64,000 nucleotides of DNA from Eledone cirrhosa (GCA_964016885.1 OZ024745.1:111848001-111912000); one strand, 5' to 3'; positions 28,920-43,047 are shown, counted from the stretch's first letter. Numbers and translations: made by a program. Notes: generated by a model from the letters alone, not told the origin.

Positions 28920-29140
28920 TGAGAAATAGAATGACTTTGTTGGGTCATGTATTGAGGAAGGACAAAAGTGACTGGATAAGAATAGTGATAGAAATGAATA
29001 TGGAAGGAAGCAGAGGAAAGGGAAGACCAAGAAAGACATGGCTAAGGGTGATGGTGAGGTGGGGTATACAGATGGTAGGACAAAATAGAGAAGCTTGACA
29101 TGGAGCTCATAAGACGATGTAGCAGGGAAAATGATCTTAA
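28920..29140 (+). mobile_element. RTE LINE C-terminal fragment
   Basis: LRNRMTLLGHVLRKD...EGSRGKGRPRKTW. Confidence 0.75.
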
Positions 29141-29724
29141 AATGCTTGTTGTATTGTTTTTTTGGTATAAGTACTTGTCTAGCTTTGTCTACCTTTGCAT
29201 TAACATTGACTCCAATATCTTATTAATTAAATAAATTTCTTATTTATTTGTTGAAATATTTGTACCTGTTGAAATATCTGTATCCTTGGATTTAGAAGTG
29301 TGTGTATATGCCCTACATAATAAAAAAATCATGCTCATGTTCTCATAAGTATTACCATGCATTGATATTCACATCCAGTCTTGAGTACTTTAAAATTAGA
29401 TATTCCTTTCAAACAATACTTGATTATAGCCATTTCACTTAACTTATGATAAGCTTGGGAAAATGTCAAACAACCTCATTTTGCCTTTTCATCTGTAAAT
29501 TTGAAGCCTTGGACTTGAATAAGAAATCAGTAGCAATAAACAGTAGCAAGTACAAAAGATTTGAGGGAAATCCTCAGTAAACTGAATCTGAGAGATTTGG
29601 TTTTGATGATTGGTTGTTGCTATTTCATGTCAGTTTTATTTCTCATGTGCTTAAAGAAAACAAGAACATCACATACTTTCATTTTCCATCCCTATATTTC
29701 ACACCTATGTTGGAAATTAATATT

Positions 29725-30580
29725 ACTTTGAAGGGCTGAGAGTAAATATAGCCAAAACTAAAGTACTAGTAAGTAGGAGAGCAGATAGGACCCTTATTCC
29801 TTCAGTGAAGTGGCTCTGCTCAATATGTAGAAAAGTAGATGTACACAAGAGATGTCGTGGGATAACAGGTAGACTAACAGGAAGGGAAGACTTTGTATGT
29901 AAAATATGCACAGGGGTAATTGAGTGGAAGAGTGTCAGTAATATAAGATTTTTCCAATCACATAAAGGATCCATAGAAGTGGTTGATAGCTTCTGCTATC
30001 TTGGTGACCTAATTAACAGTGGCAGAGGGTGCTCCAAGAGGATAATAGCTAGACTAAGCATAGGATGGAAGAAGTTTAGAGAGCTATTCTCACCGTTGAC
30101 AACAAAAGGTTTCTCCTTACACAGAAAAGGATGGCTGTATGACACCTGTGTGAAAAGTCTGATGCTGCATGGTAGCGAAACATGGGCAGTGACTGCAAAA
30201 GACGTGTAGGCTGGAGAGAAATGAAGCTACCATGCTTTGTTGCATGTGCAATGTAAATGTGAGAGAAGAGCAGAGCCTGAATGAATTAAGGGAGAAACTG
30301 GATTTAATAGGAATCCAAAGTGGTGTGCAAGATAGAAGACTGCATTGGTATGGATATGTGATGTGCATGAATGATGGGTGAAAGAGTTCCTGGAAATTTC
30401 AGTGGTAGGAAGCCACAGTAGAGGCAGAGTAAGGAAGAGTTGGGTGGAGGTGATGAGAGCTGATCTCAAATCACTGAGAGTTAGAGGAGATGCTATGTGT
30501 GGAGATAGTCTATCTTGAAAGGGACTCATCCAACCTATGCAAACATAGAAAAATGGACGTAAAAACAACGATGATAATGA
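29725..30580 (+). mobile_element. decayed RTE LINE 3' portion
   Basis: GLRVNIAKTKV, Cys/His insert, IEVVDSFCYLGD, MLHGSETW, tail catagaaaaatggacgtaaaac. Confidence 0.85.
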
Positions 30581-31589
30581 TATAGGTATAGGGACTATTT
30601 TTGTATAGGAAAATATGCAGTTGGTCAAATCATTAAACTATTACTGGTATTTATTTTAACTAACCTTAGAATTTGGAAAGTGAAGTTAACCTTAACAGAA
30701 AATGAATTCAGAACATTGAGGAAGCATTCAGGAATGGTAAATTGCCAGGCATCTCTTCTGAAGATATAACAACTTTGTCACAATCCAGCTCTGGTCTGGT
30801 ATTTTATTTTATTGACCCTGAAAAGATAAAAAAGTGAAGTTGACCTCAGTGCAATTTGCTGTTGTTCTTATGTAAGAAATCAATATTAATAGACAGTCAT
30901 CAATGTAGCTTTTACAAAGTTTTAATAATGACAGCATCATAAAAATCTAGTTAAATTTGTGTTTCTAAAAGTAATTAAATAATTTACGGTCTGCTCTAAC
31001 ATGCTATATAATTATTTGATTTATTAAAAAAAATTAAATATCTGTGTTTCTTTCACTGACATTGTATATCCTATACACACACACACCACACACACATTTA
31101 TTTGAAGGTACTTTATTTCAATCAGGGGCTGATGCAATTGACCTATTACATTTAGAAATGAGGTCAGAGAACTAATTCAAGAGAAACCACTTGTTTTACT
31201 GACTTTGTATTGAACTTGTCATTGATAAAAATTATTTGCTTTAGACATTCCAGAAACAACAAAAATACCTCTCTTTTTCTCTCTGACACATGCACATACA
31301 TTCACACACATGCCCCCCCCCCCCACGCGACAAAGAGAGAGGGCGAAAAAACAACTTCATATTTTTTATATTGCTTCCATTTGCCAAACTGAATTTCTAG
31401 TTATATATACTAATTGATAAGCAGTTAGTTGTTAATACTTGATTGTATGATATGCATGAATGCATTAAAAAAATTTTTATTAATGGTAATAGTAAATTCT
31501 TTTGATTAGATTCTTTGTATTTAGATTTCATGATTTTCACAGGCTGGTAATTAGGTTGTATTTTAAAAATCTTAAAATGAATTTTAGTA

Positions 31590-32000
31590 ATGAAGTATGA
31601 TATTGCATGGTAGTGAGACAAGGGCATTGAATGCAGAACTTGTGTGAAGGTTAGAAAGAATTGAGGCTAGTATGCTTTACTGGATGTGTGATGTTAGTGT
31701 GCATGAATGATAAAGTACAGTTGAGTTGAAGGAAAAACTAAGCATAAGCACAATCAGTTTCAGTGTGCAAGAAAGATTGTGCTAGTATAGACATGTGATG
31801 TATATGGAGGATGATCATTGGGTGAAAAAGTGCTAAGAGTTTCTGGTGAAAAGAATCTGCAGAAGAAGACTGAGAAAAGCCTAGGCAGAAATAGTAAGAG
31901 CTGATCTCAGAACGGACCTCACAGAGGAGATGACAAAGGAACATGACAAGAAGAGAGAAGATCTGCAAGCACGGGAAAACAAATGTAAAAATGATGATGA
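31590..32000 (+). mobile_element. decayed RTE LINE 3' end
   Basis: LHGSET...RLERIEASMLYWMC homology; (tga)n tail. Confidence 0.75.
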
Positions 32001-33719
32001 AATGAAAGAAAAATAAATATTCCATTAGTTTTCAACTATTTTTTCCATGCTGGCAGGGATTGAATGAAGACCAGAGCTTATCCTTGTTTTATGTGGTGTG
32101 AATCATCTGAGAGTGCAAGACTTCTCCTTGGACAGGATACAAGTCAATTGCAAAGTTAATCTCAGCAGGTACATATGTTCAGCTGAGTAGACTGGTGTAA
32201 TGTAAAATGATGTGCCTTGATCAAGGATACAATGTACTACTCAGCCTGGGGATCGAACCCACAACTTTAACATCATGAGTCCAACATGTAACTGCTACCA
32301 GTTTAAAAAAGCATCAACCTTACATTATAGTTGTAAAAATTCGAGTTTTTTTTTTTTCCAGTATTTCATTTTGATATTCAGCTGTTAAACTTTTACCCGC
32401 AAACAAAGTTTATATCAGTAAAACTTTAATCTTAAATATTTAAACAACTTTTTATAGGATGTCTACTTCAGTTTCTTCAATTTCACATGTCTATTACTAT
32501 AGAACTCACACACACACTCTTTTTTTTTCTTTCATTCCTCATTCCGAAATACTTACTTCCTTCTTTCCACCAATTTTTTTTCTGAGTACCTTTTTACTCT
32601 CTCATTTAGTTTTTCTTCAACCATTTAAAAAAAAAGTTCTTCTCTACCCACAAACTCTCTCGCTTTCTTTGTATTTCTCACTTTCTCTATCTTTTCCTAT
32701 CCCACTCTTTTCTTCTTTCCATCTCTCTCTCTCTTCCTCACACTTAATCTTGTCGCTCTTTTCATTTTTTATCTCCTGTATTCTATATATAGTCCTCTCT
32801 CCCTAAATGCCACTATGTCTTGCCATCCATTGCTAATTTTCTTCCTCTGCTTTTCCTTATTTTGTTGTCTTTTTAACCCTGGAGATTAATATAGTTCACC
32901 TTGTGATAAGGTATAAGAAAAAATAAAACAACAAAAGCTGCAACTTTTGCACTGCTGCAGCTTGATGCTATTTAACTATGGTAAGGTCTTTCATATATAT
33001 TTTTTTATTTTTAACTGTTGAAAGCTGCAAAACAACTATCAAGATTAAAAAAAAAAATTGTCTGAAATCTTGTTAAACTATGATTAAAACATTTTTTTAG
33101 AAAATACAAATCACATCTAAGTGATGCATATGATGCTGTCGTTCTCTTTGTTTTGTTTTTTAAGAAATAATTTATTCTGTAGAAACTGTCTAGCTGCCAT
33201 CTATCTTCTCTCAGTTAGTCAGAAGGGTGACTCAATGTCCATAATTTTTACAGAAGACACCCTCTGATGGGAAGATTTAAGTTCTATTCCCTGGCCTAGA
33301 CATCTGATAAACAAAAATGAGCACTGAGGTCTGGATCAAATCCTTGCAAAAGAGTAAACTCTGCTAAAGGCTCCCAAACATCTGATGCTAGTGAGACATA
33401 TCAAATTACCCCTTTTGATATGAACCCACCCAAATTCTATGATGACAAACCTTGTTTTAAAGTATTCCTATTTGAATAAAAAATAATGTTATAGAAGCTT
33501 TGTAAAGCTATGTACTAAATATCAGGTTAATAATAATAATTTGGTTAGTTATTTTATTAGATCCCTTCAAATTGTTGATTATTTTCAAAATCAATTGAAA
33601 AACAGCGAATATATTTCATTAGAATTATGATAATGAAAGGTTTAACCCTTTAAGCATTTACATTACTCTGTCAAATGTCATGTTTATTCACATTATTTTG
33701 AACTAACCATACGCAAGAG

Positions 33720-34044
33720 ATAAGGATCTCTATGGCAATATACCATTAAGATAATAAGGATATCTATGGCAATATACCACCTATCAGCAGGTCAATACGT
33801 GGACAGAGACTCAGATTTGCTGGCCACTGTTGGCGCAGCAAGGAAGAAATAGTAGGTGATGTGTTGCTATGGAGTCCATCTCATGGAGCAAGAAACGCTG
33901 GTCGTCCCAAGAAGACATACGTCAAGCAACTTGAGGACGATACTGGATGCACTGCGGAAGAACTGGCAAACGCTATCAGAGACAGAGATGGATGGAGGAA
34001 ATGTGTCGTAGAAAGCCGAGCAAGCTTGACCTGATGATGATGAT
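33720..34044 (+). mobile_element. 5'-truncated RTE-clade LINE (second family) with TSD
   Basis: Open frame LYGNIPPISRSIRGQRLRFAGHCWRSKEE...GRPKKTYVKQLEDD...; (tga)n tail; TSD acgcaagag/atgcaagag; short duplicated 5' end. Confidence 0.85.
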
Positions 34045-34623
34045 ATGCAAGAGGGTTATCAACTATATTTGTTTGTAATTTTGTTAATTTTCTATGTGCA
34101 GACTTGAAGTTTTGTCAGTAGATGTTTAAATATCAATAATTTACAATTATCTATCTTTACCTGATTTTTCTTTTGTTAAATTTGACTTTTATGGGCAGGT
34201 GAAATTAATGAACAGGTGTAAAAGTAATGACTTCATGGATAAACACAAAAATTTAAACTTTATGTGCCTTACCTGTTAGGTTTGTTACAAAAAAATATAC
34301 AACAATGACCTAGATGTTGACTTCCAACAATTTTAGCACTTTTCCGAACAGGTGAATTAATTTAAAATGCAGGTATAATCAGTACAATGTTTTAGTATTT
34401 CTCTACATTCCATGCAAATATTTTCATTGAAAAAAGATATAAAACACTTTCACCAGTCAAAATAATATTGGCAATGTACTCTTACACAATGTACTGGGTA
34501 TATTTACATAGCAGAATGTGCCCAATATATAAGTTCATTAACAGGTGTGACATAGGTGAATGAAGGTGTTTTCACAAATGTGTTCCAATATATTTTATTT
34601 TTTAGATATTTTTTTCAATATTG

Positions 34624-36255
34624 TCAGACAATATTTCTGTCATGTAATTGGCCAAAACACCCTTTACATAATGGCACCTTGCAAAAGGAACACATAAAAG
34701 AGGTTTCAATTTGGCAACCTTTAGCGGTTTTTCTCTTTTGCAAAGAGCACATTCGGCAAGCCTTCTTCCTCCCATTAATTTTCTCTATTTTATGAAAATC
34801 AATATTTTCTTTGTTCACGTCAAATAATTTTGATTTTCTCCCAGCTCTGTGTTTGCGAGAAGTATATCCTCCATATAGCTGAGATGCAATGTCCACACAA
34901 AATTTCATGTGGCAGTAATCCTTTGATGGTGGCGGATCCTTGTGACTTTTAGTGAATACAATAAAAGAATTCACAATGGTTAAATTCACTAAAAACCACA
35001 AAATATATCTCCACAATTTCATTTCAGGATGTCCAACTGGGTAGTAGGCTCAATACTGGTCAGATTTGTTGACCCCACTCATATATTTATTGTAAGAGAT
35101 GTTAACTAAAGGTTTACCTTCAGCCCCAACACCTGATTGTTGGTTAGAAGATAGGAATAAAATTTGCCATTTGTCTTTGTACAATGTAGTTAGCATGTTC
35201 CCTTTTTGCACATGGAGAATGTCCCCTCTTTTAAAAATTTTCTTACTTTTATTTCATGGAGTAGCTCTTTGCAATTCCCCATTATTGTACCACAGGTACT
35301 TACACAGGCAAAATCCTTTGCCAGAAGCACCGAAGAAAAAAAAAACTGTCAAAATATGTGTCTGTGTTGATAATGGAAGGGTTCAGTCAGACACCATACA
35401 ACATCGTATCCCAATCCATTTTTTCTCACTCTAGTATGTTTTTCAATGTTTGCACAGTTGCCTGTGGCCGATTCACAGAGTTCCCACACCTTGATGCCCC
35501 ATTTGGTAGGTTTAGCTGACATATACTGTCTGAAATGTACCCTACCCTTATACCCAATCATTGCTTCATCAACACTGAGATTTTTTCCAGGTATATATAC
35601 AGTTTTAAATTTTTCAGATAATATTCTAATTAATGGTTGAACTTTATAGAGAGGATCATAATTCGATTCATTTGAAGTATCGACCAGGTGCAAATACTGA
35701 TTTAATTTTAAATACCTTGTTTTCAGCATAATACCTGATACATATGGGTCATTAAACCTTATATCAATGCTCCAGTAATTCCACAGTCTTGGAAATTGCT
35801 TTAGTAAAAAATGCTTGAATTTCCGCACCATCTTTTGGTTGTCATAATAGATTGGGTTTAGCTCAATTTGAAATTTGTTGTTAGACATATCGATTTGTCT
35901 TTTTTGCCACAACTTTGAAGAAAGTTTGTGGCAAAAACAAAAAGAAATAATTCAGTGCTTTAGCATTGGGAGGTAATGTGTGCTGTGGACCAATATTTTC
36001 AATAAAATCAGGAACATGTATTGGTGTGGTGTTTCTCGACCACGTTGCTGTAATATTTTCAATGGCGTCCTGGAGATCTTCTTCACTTTCACTATCAAAA
36101 CAACAATCATCGTTGGATGAAAATTCAGAGATATACACGTCTGATTCATTTGAAGATAAATCACTGATATTTTCTTTTATTTCTTCTTCATTTTGAATGT
36201 CTTCATGTGTAAAACCTTTAAAGTCGGTATCGCTACTTTCACAGGCCATGTTCAC
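34624..36255 (-). pseudogene. piggyBac transposase, frameshifted
   Basis: Acidic N-terminus; LSVDEAMIGYKGRVHFRQYMSAKPTKWGIKVW; MSGVNKSDQY; C-terminal Cys-rich CRMC...CSFCKVPLCKGCF. Confidence 0.92.
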
Positions 36256-36953
36256 CTCTGAATTTTAGTGAAGGTGCTTGGTTTGTAGTGTTGGTTACGA
36301 TCGTAAGGTAATGGGTTTGATTCTTGGATCAGATTGCACATTGTGTTCTGCAGCAAGTTGCTTTATTTTCCATTATTTTTTTATGATAGGTCTGGCGCCC
36401 TTATTATTAAAATACCCAATAAACACCCAATTAATGCAACTGCATAGGAAGCAAGCTAAACCTGTATTGGTGGGAGTTGCAAATTTCATTTTGATTTCAT
36501 TTTATTCATCTCAGAATATTGAGGCATTAAATGATGAAGTGAGGGATCATTGTGTATGGAGAAAGAAGTAATTGTAGAACATCCAATCCATGGTAGCTTG
36601 GAAAAGCAAGTCTTAAGAAAAAATATGATAATAATGGTGATGATGATGATGGTGATGGAAATAATTGTGATGGCAGTGATAGCAATGGTTATGATGAGGA
36701 AGACAGAGATAATTAACCGATACTTAAAATACGAACCAGGTTTTATATTATCACAATCATCAAGAAAGTATCTTTAGATGAAGAAATAGCAATCACATTT
36801 ATGGCTGTCTATGATAAACGATATAGATTATATACAATTTTGGGGTCAACTTAATCAAACAAAATCAATGAACAGAAATGAATATCAATAATGATACAAA
36901 TCATTATTCTTTATTGATATGGTAGATCAGTTATGAGCAAATTTATAGATATA

Positions 36954-37941
36954 CTAGCAGTAAAGCCCGGCGTTGCTCGGGGTCGCTCAGTAGCTGTGTT
37001 AAAGTTACAATGTTAAGTTTCTTTTTTGGCTTAAAAACTGTAGTGTCTACTGTGCAGACTTGCATGTGGTGTTTTTGATTAATATTCCCTCAACCAACAA
37101 TATGCCTTATGAAGTTAAGAAAACATAACGATAACCCGAATAATAATAATAATAATGAAATTATTGTGTACAGTGCTCAGGTGCACTACAACTCGAATGT
37201 TATAACAAAAGAGGATGCTGGGGATAAAAACTGCACTGGTTATTTATTAACAAAGATCGAAAATGTAAACACTGCAACGCAGAGAAAAACATTAGCGTAA
37301 CCAAATTATCAGTTATGTCTGTCTGCACGCCTATATCACCTCTCTGCACGACTGTCTGTCTGCACGCCTATATCACCTCTCTGCACGACTGTCTGTCTGC
37401 ACGCCTATATCACCTCTCTGCACGACTGTCTGTCTGCACGCCTATATCACCTCTCTGCACGACTATCTGTCTGCACGCGTATATCACCTCTCTGCACGAC
37501 TGTCTGTCTGCACGACTGTCTGTCTGCACGCCTAACGACGAAATATTTGCTTGTTTTACGTAGTCTTTAAATAGACTTGTTTTCAAGTAAAAATATTGTT
37601 TTAAAATGCTTTTAAATGGAAATGAAGCAAAACGGAAGCTTAGTGTTCGTGTGTTAATGTCATTTTAAACGCTGAGAAAGCCAGCGTAATTTTTTACGTA
37701 AGGCGCTCAATGTAAACAGAACAAAGGGAAATAACTGATAACTTACGCTCAAAAATCGATACATTATATTCGATTTCGTCACATAGGGTGGGTCAATTTG
37801 AAATTTTTTTTTTCCGATGTCTTCGCTAGGGCTCAATGTACAAGTATAGCAATTTCGGTGCAATTCCGTGAGAGATTCTAAGAGGAGATGTGTGCCAAAA
37901 ATCGATAGACAGACAGACAACCACAGTTTTATATATATAGA
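36954..37941 (-). mobile_element. non-autonomous Helitron
   Basis: 5' A|TCTATATATATAAAA...gtctgtctgtc; 3' hairpin cccgagcaacgccggg then CTAG|T; no TSD. Confidence 0.85.
37316..37533. repeat. 37-bp minisatellite inside the Helitron
   Basis: tgtctgtctgcacgcctatatcacctctctgcacgac, 5 copies plus partial. Confidence 0.95.
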
Positions 37942-38026
37942 TTTAAAAAATCCTTTTACTAGTTTCAGTTATTGAACTTTTGTTATGCTGGGCACCTGTT
38001 TCAAGATTACAATTGCTTGTTTTGTA

Positions 38027-38306
38027 GAGGCACATGGCCTATTGGTAAGGGTGTTGGACTTATGATCTTAATGTTATGGGGTCGATTTCTGGACTGGGTT
38101 GTGTGTTGTGTTCTTGAGCAAAACACTTCATTTCATGTTGCTCCAGTATACTCAGCTGAAAATGAGTGCCAGCAATAGCTGGGGGTTTAACACCCTGAGA
38201 TGGACTGGCGTCCTGTCTAGTGGGGAATCTTGTACTCTTAGTCACTTCACGCCATGAAATCGGGATAAGCACCGGCCTAATAAGCCTTCTGGCTTGAGAC
38301 GTACTT
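38027..38306 (+). mobile_element. tRNA/CORE-like SINE related to family B with a different tail
   Basis: gaggcacatggcc head and ttcttgagcaaaacact centre; 3' gatggactggcgtcctgtc... Confidence 0.7.
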
Positions 38307-38767
38307 TAGACATAGAGACTTAGATATTGACAGGTTTATTTTGTAAAATTCAGAAGGCTGAAATGTGAAGTTGATTGGGAGTGGGGTGGGGGGGATTTGG
38401 GCACAGAATGAAATAATGTGTAACTAAATAGTATCTATTATCAGTAATGTACTGGGTAATTGCTGGCCTTGTGCCAAAAGTAGAAACAATTATTTTGTCA
38501 GATGCTTTACTGATTCTGTCATTCACCACACTTGTGTGTATGTGAGTGTGCATGCATGCCTGCCTGTCTACATATATGTATGTATATATATATATGCCTG
38601 CCTGTCTACATATATGTATGTATATATATATGAAGCCATCAAGCTGAAACTTCAAAGTCACTGCCACTTTTCTACTGAGAAAATAAAATTTATACTCTAC
38701 CCACAAGTAGTGAGTGCTATGGTATTTTAAACACACATTTTGATATATATATATATATATATATATA

Positions 38768-38846
38768 CAGGGTATCCTAAAAATATGTATACACACTTGT
38801 AATAGAATGCTTTTGAAGCATGCATACATTTTTTGGGGACACCCTG
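38768..38846. mobile_element. tiny Tc1/mariner MITE in (TA)n
   Basis: TIRs cagggtatcctaaaaatatgtat / atacattttttggggacaccctg with TA flanks. Confidence 0.75.
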
Positions 38847-38877
<31 letters not shown>

Positions 38878-38886
38878 ATATATATA

Positions 38887-39082
38887 TGAAAAAAAGGAAA
38901 AGAATAATTTCACTTGTAGTTCTAAACAATTTGATTTAAAACAATTTGATTTAATTTTATAATATGATTTGGTAGATATACCAAATCATATAAAATTAAA
39001 TCAAATTGTTTAGAACTACATGTGAAGTCATTCTTTTCCTTTTTTCAAATATACCTAACCGTACAAAGGATTTCACATATTT

Positions 39083-39087
<5 letters not shown>
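38887..39087. mobile_element. fold-back island in (TA)n, no ribozyme core retained
   Basis: Inverted arms 38887-39047 centred near 38976; ~40-bp one-sided tail; (TA)n flanks. Confidence 0.65.
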
Positions 39088-39119
<32 letters not shown>

Positions 39120-39133
39120 ACTATATATATATA

Positions 39134-39693
39134 CAGGGGTTGGACAAAATAATGGAAACACCTAGCATCATAGCTTCATAATTTTGAAATATCTATAAAA
39201 CCGTCAAAAGCTTGTTTATTTTTATGTTTATTGATTTATTATTAGTGTTGCTTAATATGTTTTGTTAAAATTGCTGTTTCTTTTCAGATATCATCAGAAA
39301 AAGGTAATTAAAATTCATTAAAATGACAGATCTATCGGACTTTCAAAGAGGTCAAATTGTTGGTGCTCGTATGGCAGGCGCTAGCATAACAAAAACAGCT
39401 GAAATGTTTGGTGTATCAAGAAGTACTGTCTCGAAAGTAATGACAGCCTTTGAGAAAGAGGGAAAAACGTCCTCGTCGAAACAAAACTCCGGAAGAAAAC
39501 CAAAACTCTCAGATAGGGACCGTCAGACTCTTACGTGAATTGTTAGAAAGTATCACAAAAGTACAGCTCCCAAAATTACTGCAGAGCTTAATGACCACCT
39601 AGAGAACAATAAAAAATAAACAAGCTTTTGACAGTTTTATAGATATTTCAAAATTATGATGCTAGGTGTTTCCATTATTTTGTCCAACCCCTG
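39134..39693 (+). mobile_element. internally deleted Tc1 transposon
   Basis: ~90-bp TIRs caggggttggacaaaataatggaaacacc, TA TSD; HTH ORF MTDLSDFQRGQIVGARMAGASITKTAEMFGVSRSTVSKV...SGRKPKLSDRD. Confidence 0.92.
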
Positions 39694-40119
39694 TATATAT
39701 AAAACAATATATATATATATATAAAACACATGAATCAAGTAAAAACCACTTTATGCAATATTTGTTTCATAATTTGAGCATGTATGTATTTTGATATCTT
39801 CCTCCCTATCCCCTACTCTCTCACCCAGTGTTGACAAGATAGCAATAGAACAACATCTATATATAGCTACTTACCTATGTATTTACCTATCTTTGGACAA
39901 TAAAAACATTTATCTATCTAGTTAGCTACTATCATATAGACATAACAAGAAATGAACATAACAGAATAAGTCTTTTGATAAATGTGACAATACAGTGTGA
40001 AGAAAAACAAGTATCTACCAAAAATATCTATAACAAACAGAAGGCCAATGGAAAATATATATGAAACTGTGTCTTTGTGTGTGTATATTTCAATTATCCA
40101 TGGCAATCATGATTATATT

Positions 40120-40678
40120 GTATCTAGGGTATGGCATACATGGCATGTACCATGGGCGCCACTTGAAAGGGGGTGCTACCTGGACTAAGATCATTTTCTA
40201 TTAAAGTTAGATAAGCTATCATCAGAGATTGAAAAAAGAAACTTCTTCAGATGTATGATCTGTCTTTGATTATCATGGGTGAGAAACACTATAGTGTCTG
40301 GATCATTAAACCATTTATATAAATTATTAGGCACATAGGTAAAAATACAGTGCTGGGAACTACATGATCACAGAGGCATACCTCATAGTATGACTTGTCA
40401 CATATTTTAATAGGGTTTTAATATGTGTTGAAGATCAGTATTACACAGATCACTCTCTTTAAATACACTAACAATTTTGTCAATACTTTATGTATACTTA
40501 AGTGTAAAAGATACCTGTAGAACAAATGAAAATGCAGTTTAATACCCTAAACCATCATTTATTTAAACTGTGCTGTCAATCCCATTGCCTAACAACTACT
40601 ACATAACTTGCTGCATGGGCAGGGGCGCAATTTCAATGTTTGCCATATGTGCTATTTTCCCTTGTTACACCTCCGATT
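40120..40678. mobile_element. probable hAT-type non-autonomous element
   Basis: GC-rich termini ctagggtatggca...gggcgcc and ggggcgc...tgccat...cccttgttacacc; weak TIR match. Confidence 0.4.
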
Positions 40679-41555
40679 GTATCCCTATATTTATAGTGTA
40701 GATTGATAACTAGGTATTTGACTCAGAGATAAGGCTATGGTGTACAAGTAATAGTTTGCCTCAATAATTTTGCTATCACATACAGTTTGTGGAAATCTTT
40801 CCTTTTTAAATTAAGTAATTAATAAATTACACAGAAACAACTTTGTCTTAATCCATACAATGTTTAATCAATTATTTCAGCACAATGTTTAGGTCAATTG
40901 TCCTCTAGTTGTTATTGGTTACCATATAAATAGAAATATATAAAATAATTATTGGTGTAAATATCATTATCATATTTCGTATGAAACCCTCACTGCATTT
41001 GAATCAATGGATTTTGAATTTGGAGGATTTACTAAAGCGATTAATTATTTCATTTACGGTTGCACCAATTGGCAGATAATTATTATCGGCCATTTCACCA
41101 ATTAATCAGCATTGGCTTTCTTTTGCTGATTACACTGTGTAACAAAAGAAATTTTTTTCTCTGTTCCTGGCTTGTAATCACTTTTTTTGTGTTGCTTAGG
41201 TCCCAAATAAATAAAAAAAGTGCTATTAAACAGTTAAAAGTTTGGGTTTGTAAAAATTCTAAGCTATTCACTAGAATTATTTGTATGCTGGATTTTACAT
41301 TGTATGTAAGTTTAATTTGCTTATGTTAAATGATTTTTTTAATATATGTTTCAGGTTAAATTAAAATGATAAAATAAAGAGTAATACCTAAAGAAAATTA
41401 TAAAAGTGCAATAAAGTATAAAATTGTTAAAAAGTGGATTAAAGAGATTTATTGATACTGGATTTTCACACCCTGAATAAAGGGTAAGTTGTGTTTTAAG
41501 CACGAATTTTCATTAGTATGATTAGTGTTCTTTTATATTATTTAAATATGTATAA

Positions 41556-41748
41556 GGGCGGTGGATTGGCAGTATCGGTAAAGGATCGGATGCCATGCTT
41601 TGACGCATAGAGTTACGGCCCTTGCCATTCTGAGTTCAAATCCCGCCAAGGTTAACTTTGCCTTTCATCCTTACGGGGTCGATAAAATAAAGTACCAGTA
41701 ATGTACTGGATAATTGCTGGCCTTGTGCCAATAGTAGAAACAATTATT
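41556..41748 (+). mobile_element. SINE family A inserted in Chapaev3
   Basis: Full copy; TSD attatttaaatatgtat. Confidence 0.9.
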
Positions 41749-41807
41749 TAAATATGTATTTCCCTTTCCAATATTTATTTTGTATTGCATATCAAATTTA
41801 TTTTCAA

Positions 41808-43047
41808 AGACAAGAATTCTGATGAAGAGGAGGAGATGGATGCTGAGGACTTGGATTACCTGCCTGAGGTACCAGAAAAAGTTCCTCACTTCCCAAACCA
41901 AAAAGACGTCAATGACTTGGTCAGGGATATGGGTCTGACCAAGTCCAATGCAGAGCTATTCGTCTCCAGGATGAAGCAGTGGAACTTGGTCAAGGAGGAA
42001 GTGCAGGTGACAAGTCAGAGAAGTTGACACAAACCTTTCTCAGGCTTTTACACTCTTAGGGATGGCCTCTGCTTCTGCCATGACGTGCCCGGACTGTTTG
42101 ACGTTATTGGGGTGCCTTTGTGCCAAAGGAGTGGCGGCTATTTATAGACAGCTCCACCACAAGTTTGAAGGCTGTCCTCCTCCACAATGGAAACAAGTTC
42201 CCGACACTACCCCTAGCTCATTCAGTCTGCCCTGAAGGAAGATTACTGCAGTGTGAACGTCTTCTTGGAAGCTCTGCAATACAACCAGTACAATTGGGAA
42301 ATCATTGGAGACTTCAAGATGGTGGCTTTCCTGCTTGGACTTCAAGGAGGCTTTATCAAATTCCAATGCTTCCTCTGCCTTTGGGACAGCAGAGCCACTC
42401 TGACCACTACAAAAGGAAGAACTGGGAGCACTGAACAGAATTTGTAGTTGGGACCCGGAACGTCATGTGGGAGCCACTGGTTGATCCCAGGATTGTGCTC
42501 ATGCCGCCACTGCACACTAAGTTGGGGTTGATGAAGCAGTTTGTGAAGGCTCTCAACCAAGAATCAGTTGCTTTTAAGTACCTTCTTGAGTTCTTCCCCA
42601 AGTTATCTGAGGCCAAAATCAAAGGTGGAATTTTTGTTGGACCTCAGATAAAGGTGTTTGAGTCTACTGAGTTCTCCAATAAGCTCAATAGGATTGAGAG
42701 AACAGCATGGAACTGTTTCAAGGCAGTTGTTAAGGGCTTCCTGGGCAACTACAGAGCTGAAAACTACCAGTAACTGGTGCAGGATCTGATAAAGGCTTTT
42801 GGCGCCATGGGATGCAGGATGTCGTTTAAACTCCCATATGCTGGACGCTCACCTGGAAAAATTCAAGGACAATATGGGTGCCTACTCAGAAGAACAAGGC
42901 GAACGATTCCACCAAGATGTGAAAGAGATAGAGCTGAGGTACCAGGGCCACTACAATGAAAAAATGATGGGGGACTATATCTGGGGGCTAGTGCGGGAAT
43001 GTGGCCTGGACTACAATCGCAAATCTAGGAAATCCAGTTATTTCTGA
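41808..43047 (+). pseudogene. Chapaev3 transposase (frameshifts, stops)
   Basis: WRLFIDSSTTSLKAVLLHNG, GDFKMV...CFLCLWDSR, PPLHTKLGLMKQFVKA, SEEQGERFHQD motifs. Confidence 0.85.
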
